A stretch of 55,318 bases of DNA from a bacterium (GCA_024230675.1 JAAERE010000079.1:1-55318); one strand, 5' to 3'; numbered from the stretch's first letter, positions 36,730 through 45,457 are shown. Notes: generated from the sequence alone by a model not told the origin. Made by a program: numbers and translations.

Positions 36730-37854
36730 CTATCTCTTCCCGGTTATTTTTCCGACCGCTTCGTCGATTACTCGACGAACCTGGTCAGACTGGTTCAGGG
36801 CTTCCGTCACACCCGGCAGAGAAGAATTCATCTCAGCCGTTTTGCGGAACTGCTCTACTCCCTTACGCCAGACTAGCCGGGAGTGTTCCAGATAACAGTG
36901 GGCCAATTCGGCCTGGAGGTCAACGTAAGTTGGATTGCGGCCCAGCTCCCCTTCCAAAAAACCGATGCGGTCAACCAGTGATCTTTCCGACACCAGACCC
37001 GGGGAGGTAACGAATCTCATGTAATAAGCCGAGAATTCCTTGCGCCGGCTTTCTTTGCGTGCATCTCTTATCTCCCGGAAGAGAATGAGCGCGCGGCCTC
37101 TATCGCCGGTCTTCAGCGCCTGCAGCCCGTCTTCAAAGTCACTTCTCTTCTTGAACTCAGGATAGATCAGCGAAGCCTTGTGCAAATAGCCGGTTATTCT
37201 CTCGACCGAGGGAGCAGCTCCTCCCGACGGTCCGGCGTTGATCGAAGCCAGGAGATGCGCCAACCCCAGATTAAGGTAGGCGTCGCCGTAATACATGTTG
37301 ACGCTTATCGCCTCCTGGAACTCGCCAATGGCCGCTTCAGGATTGTTGTCGGCCAGATAGGCCTCACCAAGGCTGTTGCGATAATCAGCGTAACCTGGTC
37401 GAGCCGCAACCGCGCGGCGGGCGGCCTCGACCGCTTCGTCAAAACGCCCCAGGGCGAGGTAGGTCATTCCCAAATAGTTGGCAGACTGATGGTGTCCGGC
37501 TCTCAACTGCTCCGCCTGTACAAAAAGGCGGGCGGCCTCAGTGAAAAATCGTTTATAGAAAAAGGCCGTGCCGAGCTGGTAGGTCGTGTCCGGGTCGCCC
37601 TGCTGCACGACCTCGCTGTAAGTCTGTAGCAGCGTCTCAACTTCCTTCTTTTTCTCCCCGTGAGTGAGCTTAACCAGCGAAAGGACTTCCTGCGGGTCTG
37701 ATTCCGCAGGATGGGGACAGCTGACGGTCTCGGCCTGGACGCCGTCAACAAAGATGGTAGTGGAGACTGAGCCTACCGAAGGATCGTTGGTCGTGTGGAT
37801 GAGATACTCGCGGTCGTCTTCTCTAAGCTTGCTGTTAATACGATAGGTTTCCAT
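36730..37854 (-). CDS. Cytoplasmic TPR-repeat protein
   Basis: I prefer the ATG at 37854 (METYRINSK...), because the track start at 37863 is a TTG. Several TPR units (ANYLGMTYLALGRFDEAVEAARRAVAARPGYADYRNSLGEAYL...). No signal peptide or TM segment is evident. Confidence 0.75.
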   Translation of the reverse strand: METYRINSKLREDDREYLIHTTNDPSVGSVSTTIFVDGVQAETVSCPHPAESDPQEVLSLVKLTHGEKKKEVETLLQTYSEVVQQGDPDTTYQLGTAFFYKRFFTEAARLFVQAEQLRAGHHQSANYLGMTYLALGRFDEAVEAARRAVAARPGYADYRNSLGEAYLADNNPEAAIGEFQEAISVNMYYGDAYLNLGLAHLLASINAGPSGGAAPSVERITGYLHKASLIYPEFKKRSDFEDGLQALKTGDRGRALILFREIRDARKESRRKEFSAYYMRFVTSPGLVSERSLVDRIGFLEGELGRNPTYVDLQAELAHCYLEHSRLVWRKGVEQFRKTAEMNSSLPGVTEALNQSDQVRRVIDEAVGKITGKR

Positions 37855-37945
37855 ACGCCTCAAACAGTTTCCCGATTGTTACTTCATAACGTCCCTGACT
37901 CCTCGATAGTTCTCTATCGGGCCCGGGAAAAGCACAGCGGGAGGC

Positions 37946-38917
37946 CTACAATTCCCGGATGAGGAAGACGGTAGTGGTAAGCACTCCCAGGACCGTGGCC
38001 ACGCCGGTTAAGCCACCTGAGAAGAAACCGGACCGCTGAGTCGGGACGACAAACATATCTTCCTTCTGCATTATGTATCGGACCGGACGTCCGGTTTGTG
38101 AGTATTTCTCGAGGTCAAAACGTACCGTCTGAGCAAACCGGCCGTCTTTCAGGATCAACTGAGTCTTTCTCAGATCGGCGTCAGCGGTCGGACCGCCGGC
38201 CAGGGCCAGCGCCTCAATAACGTCGATACCCTCTTCGTATTTAATCGGCCCCGGTGAGGAAACCGCCCCGATAACATATATCAGATTCTTCTTCTCGGTG
38301 CTCTGCCCCACCTCGGCCGCCAGCACCTGCCCGGGTGTCCTCGGAATCTCAATCGTGTCCTGTCGGCGGACTTTTGGCAGATCGGAGAGCCTGCCTTCGG
38401 CTATCGCCTGGCTGATGTTTACGACCTCAATCTCTCCCGCCTGATCGCCGCCGCGAATAATCGTCACCCGGCTGAGATCGCCCAGTTCACCAACGCCGCC
38501 GGCCTCGTTGATCAGGGTCCACAGGTCGGGAATTTCCTCGAAAGCCAGCTTACCGGGAGAATTGACCTGGCCGATCACGAATACATGATTGTGATAATAT
38601 CCCGAGACCCTCACAGTGGCCTGAGAGATATTCTCTTTGAGGCGCGACATAAGGCGCACAATATCGGTCTGCAACTCCTCGGTCGTCTTCCCGGCGGCCT
38701 GGATCTGACCGATGATGTCCAGCGTGATCCTGCCGTCAAGGCCCACCGTGACCTGAACGTTCAGGCCCGGATCCTGCCAGAAGCTGACGTCAATGACATC
38801 CTCCACACCGATACGATATTCTGCCGCCATCAATTGACCGACAGCCAGTCCGGATAGCAGAAGCGCTACCGCCGCGACCTTAACAATCCCTGTTAACCAC
38901 AGACGTTTCATGTCCAT
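37946..38917 (-). CDS. Polysaccharide export protein (Wza/EpsE-like: Poly_export + SLBB domains, C-terminal helix)
   Basis: 323 aa. Signal sequence, then YRIGVEDVIDVSFWQDP...VTVGLDGRITLDIIGQIQAAGKTTEEL, an SLBB-like IYVIGAVSSPGPIKY, and a C-terminal hydrophobic helix GVATVLGVLTTTVFLI. Confidence 0.85.
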   Translation of the reverse strand: MDMKRLWLTGIVKVAAVALLLSGLAVGQLMAAEYRIGVEDVIDVSFWQDPGLNVQVTVGLDGRITLDIIGQIQAAGKTTEELQTDIVRLMSRLKENISQATVRVSGYYHNHVFVIGQVNSPGKLAFEEIPDLWTLINEAGGVGELGDLSRVTIIRGGDQAGEIEVVNISQAIAEGRLSDLPKVRRQDTIEIPRTPGQVLAAEVGQSTEKKNLIYVIGAVSSPGPIKYEEGIDVIEALALAGGPTADADLRKTQLILKDGRFAQTVRFDLEKYSQTGRPVRYIMQKEDMFVVPTQRSGFFSGGLTGVATVLGVLTTTVFLIREL

Positions 38918-38978
38918 ATATCTCCCAGAAATGGATCTACTATAGAAATCGGCAATTTTCCTTTTAGTTAGAGCCTAA

Positions 38979-39007
38979 AATATAGACCCGGTGTTGACGA
39001 GTGTAAA
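38979..39007 (-). promoter_or_regulatory. Sigma-70-like promoter candidate for the polysaccharide-export operon
   Basis: Minus strand reads TTTACA (39007-39002), a 17-nt spacer, then TATATT (38984-38979). Confidence 0.45.
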
Positions 39008-39064
39008 GCTCAAAAAAAGTCTGGATTGGGTTTCCTTTTAAGGCGCTGGTGAGGAACAGGAGCG

Positions 39065-40687
39065 TCAGGCAACAATGTACTTGTTGCGGCCGGCCTCTTT
39101 TGCTTTCAGCAGGGCCATATCGGCGGCGAATATGAGCTGTTCGGAGTTTTCTCCATGGTCGGGAAAGACCGCCCCCCCCTGGGAAATAGTGAAAACGAGG
39201 TCTGTGGTAATCTGATCGAATCTGAACTTGGAACCAACAATTTTCCGCTGCAGGCGGTCCATAAACTGGCGGCAGGTCGCCCGGTCGGATTCCGGCATAA
39301 CCACGCAGAACTCGTCGCCCCCGTAGCGCGCAATTACATCGATAGACCGAATCGACAGTCTCAGGACTTCGCCAATACGTTTGATGACAGCATCGCCGGC
39401 CTGGTGGCCGTAACGATCGTTGACGCTCTTCAATTCATCGAGATCGAAGATAATCAGCCCCAGCGAACGCTGGTATCGTTTGGCGCGATCGATCTCTTCC
39501 TCCAGACGTCTCAAGAAATAGCGGCGGTTGGCCAGACCCGTCAGATTGTCCGTGAACGACAGCTCTTCGACCTTCTCAAACGAGACCGCATTCTCCATCA
39601 GGTGGCCGGCGCTAGTCTCGTGTCGGCGCAGTTGCATTTGGATCTCGGCGGGCTTTCGACTATCGTTCCAGGTCATTATTCCGGCGCGGCCCTCGGTCAG
39701 GGGGAACTTGGAGAGATACATAAGCCCGGCTTCCTGCAGTTTCTCGCCCCAGGCGGCCGCCTCCGCCCCGTGATCTTTCAACTGCCCCACGGATATCCAC
39801 CCGTTGACCGACAAGCGCCCGACCAGATCGGCGAATTTCTCATGGCGAGGCGGTTCGAACTGACGGGTCGTGCCCGCTTCGACTATCCGCAGAGGATCGG
39901 ATGCACATTTGGGCTCGTACAGGAAAGCCATGCTCTCCAGACCTATGTCTTTCTGCATCTCTTCCACAATCTCTCCAACGAGAGTCTCGGAATTGCGGTG
40001 TCGAACCAGCTTTAGCACGCCCATCGCGGGTGCCTTACTCTCGACCGCACGCGCCAAGGCCTCGTTCTCTGCCTCCGCGACGCGGTCCTGCAGTTTCCCG
40101 AATTTGCTCTCGTGCCAACGAATGTGATAGGCCGCCGACAGGGATTGCGCCAGGGCCGCCACAAGGAGCTTGAACGAAGGCGTCCGCGTTTCAATAGAAC
40201 TTCTGATGAAATACAGGCCGTACAGGTGATCCCGCCAGAATATTGGGAAATACAGATCGCATTTCCATTCGTGCAGTTTGCGACAGAGATTTTCCGGCAG
40301 ATAGCTCTCCAGATCGGAGACTTCCTCGGGGAAAACCTGACCTCTCAATCGATTGACCAGATCGTCCGAGTATCGGGTGCGGAGGTCCTTCCGGTCAAAT
40401 CGACTAATGCCGTGGAAATAGTTCAGATCAAGAGACCGCCGCCGCTTCCGCAAAAAGAGAATGATCTCACAGCCACAGGCGTGTTTGAGAAGGTCGGATA
40501 CTTTGCCAGCCACGTCCTGAATCGAGCCTTCAAGACAGTTGGTGCGCAAGAAATCGGAGAATTCTTCCAGATCCATCCTGGCTATTGCGGCCAGACGACG
40601 CCTCTCTGACCTGATTCGGATCAGCAGGATCGTGGCAAGAATCACCACAAGAACGATGAGAAATATGACCAGCACGGTCTGCGTCAT
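39065..40687 (-). CDS. Membrane-anchored diguanylate cyclase (TM - GAF-like sensory region - GGDEF with I-site)
   Basis: 540 aa. N-terminal TM VLVIFLIVLVVILATILLI. GGDEF domain LTGLANRRYF...IIFDLDELKSVNDRYGHQAGD...RSIDVIARYGGDEFCVVM, with the RxxD motif five residues before GGDEF. Confidence 0.9.
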   Translation of the reverse strand: MTQTVLVIFLIVLVVILATILLIRIRSERRRLAAIARMDLEEFSDFLRTNCLEGSIQDVAGKVSDLLKHACGCEIILFLRKRRRSLDLNYFHGISRFDRKDLRTRYSDDLVNRLRGQVFPEEVSDLESYLPENLCRKLHEWKCDLYFPIFWRDHLYGLYFIRSSIETRTPSFKLLVAALAQSLSAAYHIRWHESKFGKLQDRVAEAENEALARAVESKAPAMGVLKLVRHRNSETLVGEIVEEMQKDIGLESMAFLYEPKCASDPLRIVEAGTTRQFEPPRHEKFADLVGRLSVNGWISVGQLKDHGAEAAAWGEKLQEAGLMYLSKFPLTEGRAGIMTWNDSRKPAEIQMQLRRHETSAGHLMENAVSFEKVEELSFTDNLTGLANRRYFLRRLEEEIDRAKRYQRSLGLIIFDLDELKSVNDRYGHQAGDAVIKRIGEVLRLSIRSIDVIARYGGDEFCVVMPESDRATCRQFMDRLQRKIVGSKFRFDQITTDLVFTISQGGAVFPDHGENSEQLIFAADMALLKAKEAGRNKYIVA

Positions 40688-40725
40688 GACCGGACCTATT
40701 GTATAACGGACTCTTACTTAATTGA

Positions 40726-40753
40726 ATAATAACCAATTACAGGGAATTGTCAA
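40726..40753 (-). promoter_or_regulatory. Sigma-70-like promoter candidate for the GGDEF gene
   Basis: Minus strand reads TTGACA (40753-40748), a 16-nt spacer, then TATTAT (40731-40726). Confidence 0.45.
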
Positions 40754-40769
40754 ATAAAACAGGCGGCGA

Positions 40770-41450
40770 TCAAGTGCGCCCCCAAGCGTAGCGGAACCGT
40801 GATCTCTTGCGAAGCAGGTTATTTCTTTTCAGGATGAAGAAGATTCTCCACCAACCCGCGGGCTGCTCCGAACTACGATTTTTGAGCTCCCGCCTGATCT
40901 CGGAGATGGTTACAAAAGGATCGTTCTTGACCATTTGCAGAGCCACCAACTCGGGGTCTTTCTCCACCTCCGCCGAAGGAGCTATATACGCCTCGGTACG
41001 GGCCACACGTCCGTCATCGGCCGCGGCGGCGACCTCTTCCACCACTGTCAGTTTTGTCGGGGCCCCTTTTTTTTTTCCGCCGGTCGGCGCCTGGCCCCTT
41101 CCGAACCGCTCCACGGCATCGTCCACCGAGGTGAAGATCTGAAGCACCTTATCAAACTCCAGCAGTTCGAAAATCTCGTGAACATCCGGTACCATACCGG
41201 CCAACTTGATATCCCCCGCGTTGGAGCGAACGTCCTTGATATGGGAGATAAAAATCCCCCAGCCCGCGGAAGAGATATAGTCGACGCCGGCTAAATCAAT
41301 AACGATCTTGTAGCGCCCCCGACGCAGCAGAGAGTCAATAACCTGCTCGAGTTCGTTGGCCGTCAACGTATCCACGACTCCGTCAACGCGAATCTCGGAG
41401 ACTTCACGGTCGTGGCCGCTCTCAGATAAAGAAATACTAATGTTTTCCAT
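40770..41450 (-). CDS. STAS-domain anti-sigma-factor antagonist-like protein with ~110-aa C-terminal extension
   Basis: 226 aa. STAS core IRVDGVVDTLTANELEQVI...IVIDLAGVDYISSAGWGIF...LAGMVPDVHEIFELLEFDKV, with a conserved phosphorylatable Ser in DYISSAG. After it come a Lys/Gly linker and a basic tail (ISEIRRELKN...LKRNNLLRKRSRFRY). Confidence 0.8.
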   Translation of the reverse strand: MENISISLSESGHDREVSEIRVDGVVDTLTANELEQVIDSLLRRGRYKIVIDLAGVDYISSAGWGIFISHIKDVRSNAGDIKLAGMVPDVHEIFELLEFDKVLQIFTSVDDAVERFGRGQAPTGGKKKGAPTKLTVVEEVAAAADDGRVARTEAYIAPSAEVEKDPELVALQMVKNDPFVTISEIRRELKNRSSEQPAGWWRIFFILKRNNLLRKRSRFRYAWGRT

Positions 41451-41526
41451 GCTCTTACCGGGTCATCCGTAGCTGTACACTTCTTTCCAATTGCCCAAAA
41501 ATCCGGCTAACATCAACTCCGGGCAA

Positions 41527-43584
41527 CTAAAAACTTCCTTCCTCGCCGGTTCCGGACTCCGGCAGGGTTCGGCTGTCGAGGGTTTGTTCGTCCAGTTCCT
41601 CGTCGTCCTCACGGTCCTCTTTAACGGCCACTGTTCGTCCCACCACAAAGGTTATGTCATCCCGTTGCGCCGCAAAACCGGAAAAGCTGTCGACCCTGTC
41701 AATAATCTCTTTGGACAGAGCCTTGAGTTCCGATTTGCGGTCGGCCTCCTGCCACCCCTGCAGGAAGTCAATCATACGCTCCAGGCCGTACTGATTGCCC
41801 TCGCGATCGACGGCCTCGGTAATTCCGTCGGTATAAATGAAGAACAGGTCGCCCTCGTCGAGTTGCAGGTCAAAGCTCTCCAGGGAATCGCCGAAGTCCT
41901 TTGCCAGGGTCACCGGCACGCCAAGGGGCATACCGGAGGGATTCAGCTTCACAACTTTGCGCGTGGCGGCCTTGTACAGCAACAGCGGGTTGTGTCCGGC
42001 CGAGACAAAGTCAAGTTTACGGGTCGAGGAGTCGAATATCGCCATGAGCACCGTAACAAACATACCGCGCGGCATGTTTCCCGAGAGGTAATCGTTGACC
42101 GACAGTAACGTATCCCGGGCCGAGGCAGAGCCCTGCGCAAAGATCCTGATCACCGTTCGCAGCATCGACATAACCAGCGAGGCGGGCACGCCTTTGCCGG
42201 AGACGTCCGCGACAACCAGACAGCAGCGACTGCCACCGATATCGAAAATGTCATATAGGTCTCCACCTATCATGGAGGCGGCGCGGTAAAAGGCGTCGAT
42301 CTCAAGACCCGGCAGATGTGGCAGGCGCACCGGGAGGAGGGTCTTTTGAATCTGCGAGGCGACCTCAATTTCCTTGGCCATTCTCTCGCGTTCGATCGCG
42401 CTTTCGCGGTCGCGCCTGAGACGCGTCATCATCTCGTTGAGGGCGCTCGAAATCTCGAAAAACTCGGCGGCGCCTTCAAGAGGCAGCTCGCTCTCAAGAT
42501 CGCCCGAAGAAAACCGTCGGACCCTACGGGTGATCGCCACGATCGGCTTCACGAAATAATTAGACAGTAGGTAGATACCCACAATGCCAATCACCAGCAG
42601 CAAGCCTGTGAACTGAAGGATTTTCTCTTTGGCGAGCTGTAAACGCTGCTGAACCAGTTCGGAAGAATATGTCAGATAGGCTGAGCCCAGCTCCCGGTTT
42701 CCGGCGCGTATAGGCAAAATCAGGTAGTTGGTTTCTCGGTTCTCTATCCGCCAGCGTTGCGGCGCAGATTGGAAGCCCGGGTCCGCCTCCGGGGGATATT
42801 GATAGGGTCTCCGGATATTGTGGATATCGTCCGAGTGGGCCAGAATGACGTTCGAGGAGTCGGTTAGTACGATGCGCTTGAGCACCGGGTTGGAAGTATA
42901 ATAGCTAATGACGAGTTCGTCGAACTCCACGTCACTGCGGCGGTTGATGATATACAGGCCGGCCTGTTCAGCCAGTGTTTTGCCGAGGGCGGCCACGGTT
43001 CCGTCGAGATAATTGTATACCTCGCGCGAAGATCGATCGTTGATGAAGTAGTAAGCCGTCCCGATAAGAATGCTCACGATAACCAGCGTCCAGAACGAGA
43101 ACTTGGCGCGTAACGTAAACATACGGCGCAACAGCGGCGGCGTGGCTGACCCGGCCTCCGCCCCCAGCCATTTGGTCATCCTCAGTTCGTTCTGCCCGGC
43201 CGAAGACACATATTCCACCGAATCCATGATCTTCTGGATCATGTAGAAGCCAAGACCGCCGCGTCGTCCGGACTCCACCAGCCGGTTCAGGTCGAGCTTG
43301 CCGGTACCTTCCGGCCGGAACGAACGTCCGGTATCTATCAACGAGAAACTGATAAGCTTTTTGTAGGTGACGATCCGCAGTCGGATGCTTCCCTTTTCAT
43401 AAAGGTAAGCGTGACGAATGATATTCGTGGCGCCTTCTTCGATAGCCAGGAGAACGGCCGATACGTACTTGCGATTCATACCGGCAGCGGTACAGACCTC
43501 GCGCACGATACGTTGGATGCTGTCGAGGTACTTCTCTTCCGCCTGAAACTCGGCGTTTATCTCCTTTGTTGGACGACGGAACAT
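41527..43584 (-). CDS. Fusion protein: RsbW/SpoIIAB-like Ser kinase (HATPase_c) - TM - extracytoplasmic region - TM - HAMP - PP2C/SpoIIE phosphatase
   Basis: 685 aa. Kinase motifs EEGATNIIRHAY, IDTGRSF, GGLGFYMIQKIMD. TM segments FWTLVIVSILIGTAYYFI and LLLVIGIVGIYLLSNYF. PP2C motifs GGDLYDIF, VVADVSGKGVPAS, IYTDGITEA, QRDDITFVV. Confidence 0.8.
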   Translation of the reverse strand: MFRRPTKEINAEFQAEEKYLDSIQRIVREVCTAAGMNRKYVSAVLLAIEEGATNIIRHAYLYEKGSIRLRIVTYKKLISFSLIDTGRSFRPEGTGKLDLNRLVESGRRGGLGFYMIQKIMDSVEYVSSAGQNELRMTKWLGAEAGSATPPLLRRMFTLRAKFSFWTLVIVSILIGTAYYFINDRSSREVYNYLDGTVAALGKTLAEQAGLYIINRRSDVEFDELVISYYTSNPVLKRIVLTDSSNVILAHSDDIHNIRRPYQYPPEADPGFQSAPQRWRIENRETNYLILPIRAGNRELGSAYLTYSSELVQQRLQLAKEKILQFTGLLLVIGIVGIYLLSNYFVKPIVAITRRVRRFSSGDLESELPLEGAAEFFEISSALNEMMTRLRRDRESAIERERMAKEIEVASQIQKTLLPVRLPHLPGLEIDAFYRAASMIGGDLYDIFDIGGSRCCLVVADVSGKGVPASLVMSMLRTVIRIFAQGSASARDTLLSVNDYLSGNMPRGMFVTVLMAIFDSSTRKLDFVSAGHNPLLLYKAATRKVVKLNPSGMPLGVPVTLAKDFGDSLESFDLQLDEGDLFFIYTDGITEAVDREGNQYGLERMIDFLQGWQEADRKSELKALSKEIIDRVDSFSGFAAQRDDITFVVGRTVAVKEDREDDEELDEQTLDSRTLPESGTGEEGSF

Positions 43585-43633
43585 AACGGAAAGTACTCCC
43601 GGAGAGAGAGAAAACCACTAAAAAACGAAGTAG

Positions 43634-45457
43634 CTAGTTGTCGGAGTCCTGGGCCCCCATGCGGAGCCGGGCCTGCTCGATATTGTTCAAAGTGTTGGGG
43701 TTGTTGGGGTATTTTGCCAGCACTTTTTGCCAGGCCTCTATGGCCTGCTGATATTCTTTGTTGCGCATGAACCTCAGACCGTCGAGATAGAGGCTCCATA
43801 TCTCAGCATCGTTCTGGAGGTCCTCAAGCGTCGCCGTCCGAGTCTGCGCTTCCTGAATCCTGTTGAGATAGTCGAGCGCCGTAGCCTCGTTCGGATTGAC
43901 GTCGAGAATTGCTCGGAACTGGGTCTTGGCAGCCTCATAGCGACCCTTCTCAAACATCTCTATGCCCAGCCTGATTTTCTCGGGCAGCCCCATGGTGGCC
44001 AAAACCTGCTGCTTGGATTGACTGGCACCTTCGTTGTCCGGATCGACATCCAGAATACGATTGTACGCTTCGATCGCCTCAACGAGACGCCCGGCCTCCC
44101 ACGCCTGCCGGGCGGTCTCGAAGTTGGCTGCTATTTCGTCCGACATGGACTGTCGTATCTGACGCTGAAGCTGCTGCGCCCGGTAATTGTCGGGATCGAT
44201 GTCAAAGATCAGTTCCAGAAGGTCGAGCGACGCCCGGTAGTGGCGCTGCGCGTACAGTTGGCCGGCCTGAGTTAAGAAGCCGCCCAGCGTCTGATTGAGC
44301 TCTTCCTGAGCCTCGAACAACAGCGTTTCCTGTTCTCGCTGTTTCCGTCTGGCCTCCTCGATGGCCGCTATCGATCCGATTATCTCCCGGTTGTCGGGCT
44401 GGTACTTCAGCGCTTCGCTGAAGAAGTAAGTCGCCGAGTCAAGGTGGAAGCGATGCAGATACAGATTGCCCTGCTCCATAAGCGCGGCGAACTGTTTTTC
44501 CTCCTCCGTGGGCTCCGGAGGCAGTGCCGCTATTTCCTTCAGACGTATCTGCTCCGAGACCGAATTCCCTATGAGGAATGACAGTGAGAAGTGGTGGATA
44601 TCGCTAACATAGTCGACGAGTTTGTAGGCATAGTCCACCTTGAGCCGTCGGTATTTAAGCCCCGCTCCAAACGACACATTGTCTCGGTCGTACCCCAGTC
44701 GCAGAGCAAAGGACCTGTGAAAATCTATTTCGGCACCGGCCCGCACTTTGAGATCGCGGTCTTCAGTCTTCTCAAGGTCGACAGCCGCGGTAAGCTGGAC
44801 GTACTCGGACACTGCCAGATCGGACAATGACAGTCCACCGACAACCGACACCGGCGTGCGTTCCGATGTGGCCTGTAGTTGAAGCTCCGGGGCACGAATG
44901 TCTCTAGCCATGACGCCCAAAGCGAGATGGCGATGTATTTTAGCGGTCAATCCCAGATCGAGGCCTATACCAAAATCAGTATGACCCGCCAGAGACTGAC
45001 GCAAGATCTTCAGACTCGTGCCAATCGCAAAGCGGTTCCCCAGCGACCGGCCGTAGGAGAGCAGCGACTGGGAGTAGGCGTAATGGAAAGCCCCACGGTC
45101 CAAATAGTCCACACGTCGGGTGATGTCCTCGGTGCCCAGGCGCATTATGCCAATGCCCAGGCCGTGGTGGTCTCCGATCGGATAGACCCACGAGACAACG
45201 TCGTAAATGCTGCCTTCCAGCAGAACAGTGTGCATGGCAGCGAATTCCTGAAACTCAAGAGAGGAGAGCCCCGACGGGTTGTAATAGAGCGATGTGGCGT
45301 CGTCGGCCATCGACACGAAACCGCCGCCCATGCCCAGCGGACGGGCACCGGCGCCGATAGCGAACGGCGTCTCCCTTCCAGCGTCTCCCGCCTGGGCCGT
45401 GCTGATACAGACCGACAAAAGAAGCACCAGGGCGATGTATTTCGATACTCTCATCAT
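43634..45457 (-). CDS. Outer-membrane beta-barrel (PorV/PorQ/UPF0164-like) fused to a ~300-aa C-terminal TPR region
   Basis: Start at the ATG at 45457, or at 45454, overlapping the stop codon of the upstream gene (ATGA). Signal peptide MMRVSKYIALVLLLSVCISTAQA. N-terminal motif GAGARPLGMGGGFVSMADDATSLYYNPSGLS. The C-terminal half consists of TPR units (ALKYQPDN, IFDIDPDN, ILDVDPDN, ILDVNPNE, LAKYPNNP). Confidence 0.65.
   Translation of the reverse strand: MMRVSKYIALVLLLSVCISTAQAGDAGRETPFAIGAGARPLGMGGGFVSMADDATSLYYNPSGLSSLEFQEFAAMHTVLLEGSIYDVVSWVYPIGDHHGLGIGIMRLGTEDITRRVDYLDRGAFHYAYSQSLLSYGRSLGNRFAIGTSLKILRQSLAGHTDFGIGLDLGLTAKIHRHLALGVMARDIRAPELQLQATSERTPVSVVGGLSLSDLAVSEYVQLTAAVDLEKTEDRDLKVRAGAEIDFHRSFALRLGYDRDNVSFGAGLKYRRLKVDYAYKLVDYVSDIHHFSLSFLIGNSVSEQIRLKEIAALPPEPTEEEKQFAALMEQGNLYLHRFHLDSATYFFSEALKYQPDNREIIGSIAAIEEARRKQREQETLLFEAQEELNQTLGGFLTQAGQLYAQRHYRASLDLLELIFDIDPDNYRAQQLQRQIRQSMSDEIAANFETARQAWEAGRLVEAIEAYNRILDVDPDNEGASQSKQQVLATMGLPEKIRLGIEMFEKGRYEAAKTQFRAILDVNPNEATALDYLNRIQEAQTRTATLEDLQNDAEIWSLYLDGLRFMRNKEYQQAIEAWQKVLAKYPNNPNTLNNIEQARLRMGAQDSDN

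Noticed and set aside
35025-38917. Calling the polysaccharide genes a PEP-CTERM/exosortase system.
   Set aside because: The deacetylase and the kinase resemble PEP-CTERM-locus subfamilies. However, no exosortase gene is present in the window, and no protein there ends in a PEP motif plus TM helix plus basic tail. Only an EPS-export-module call is supported.
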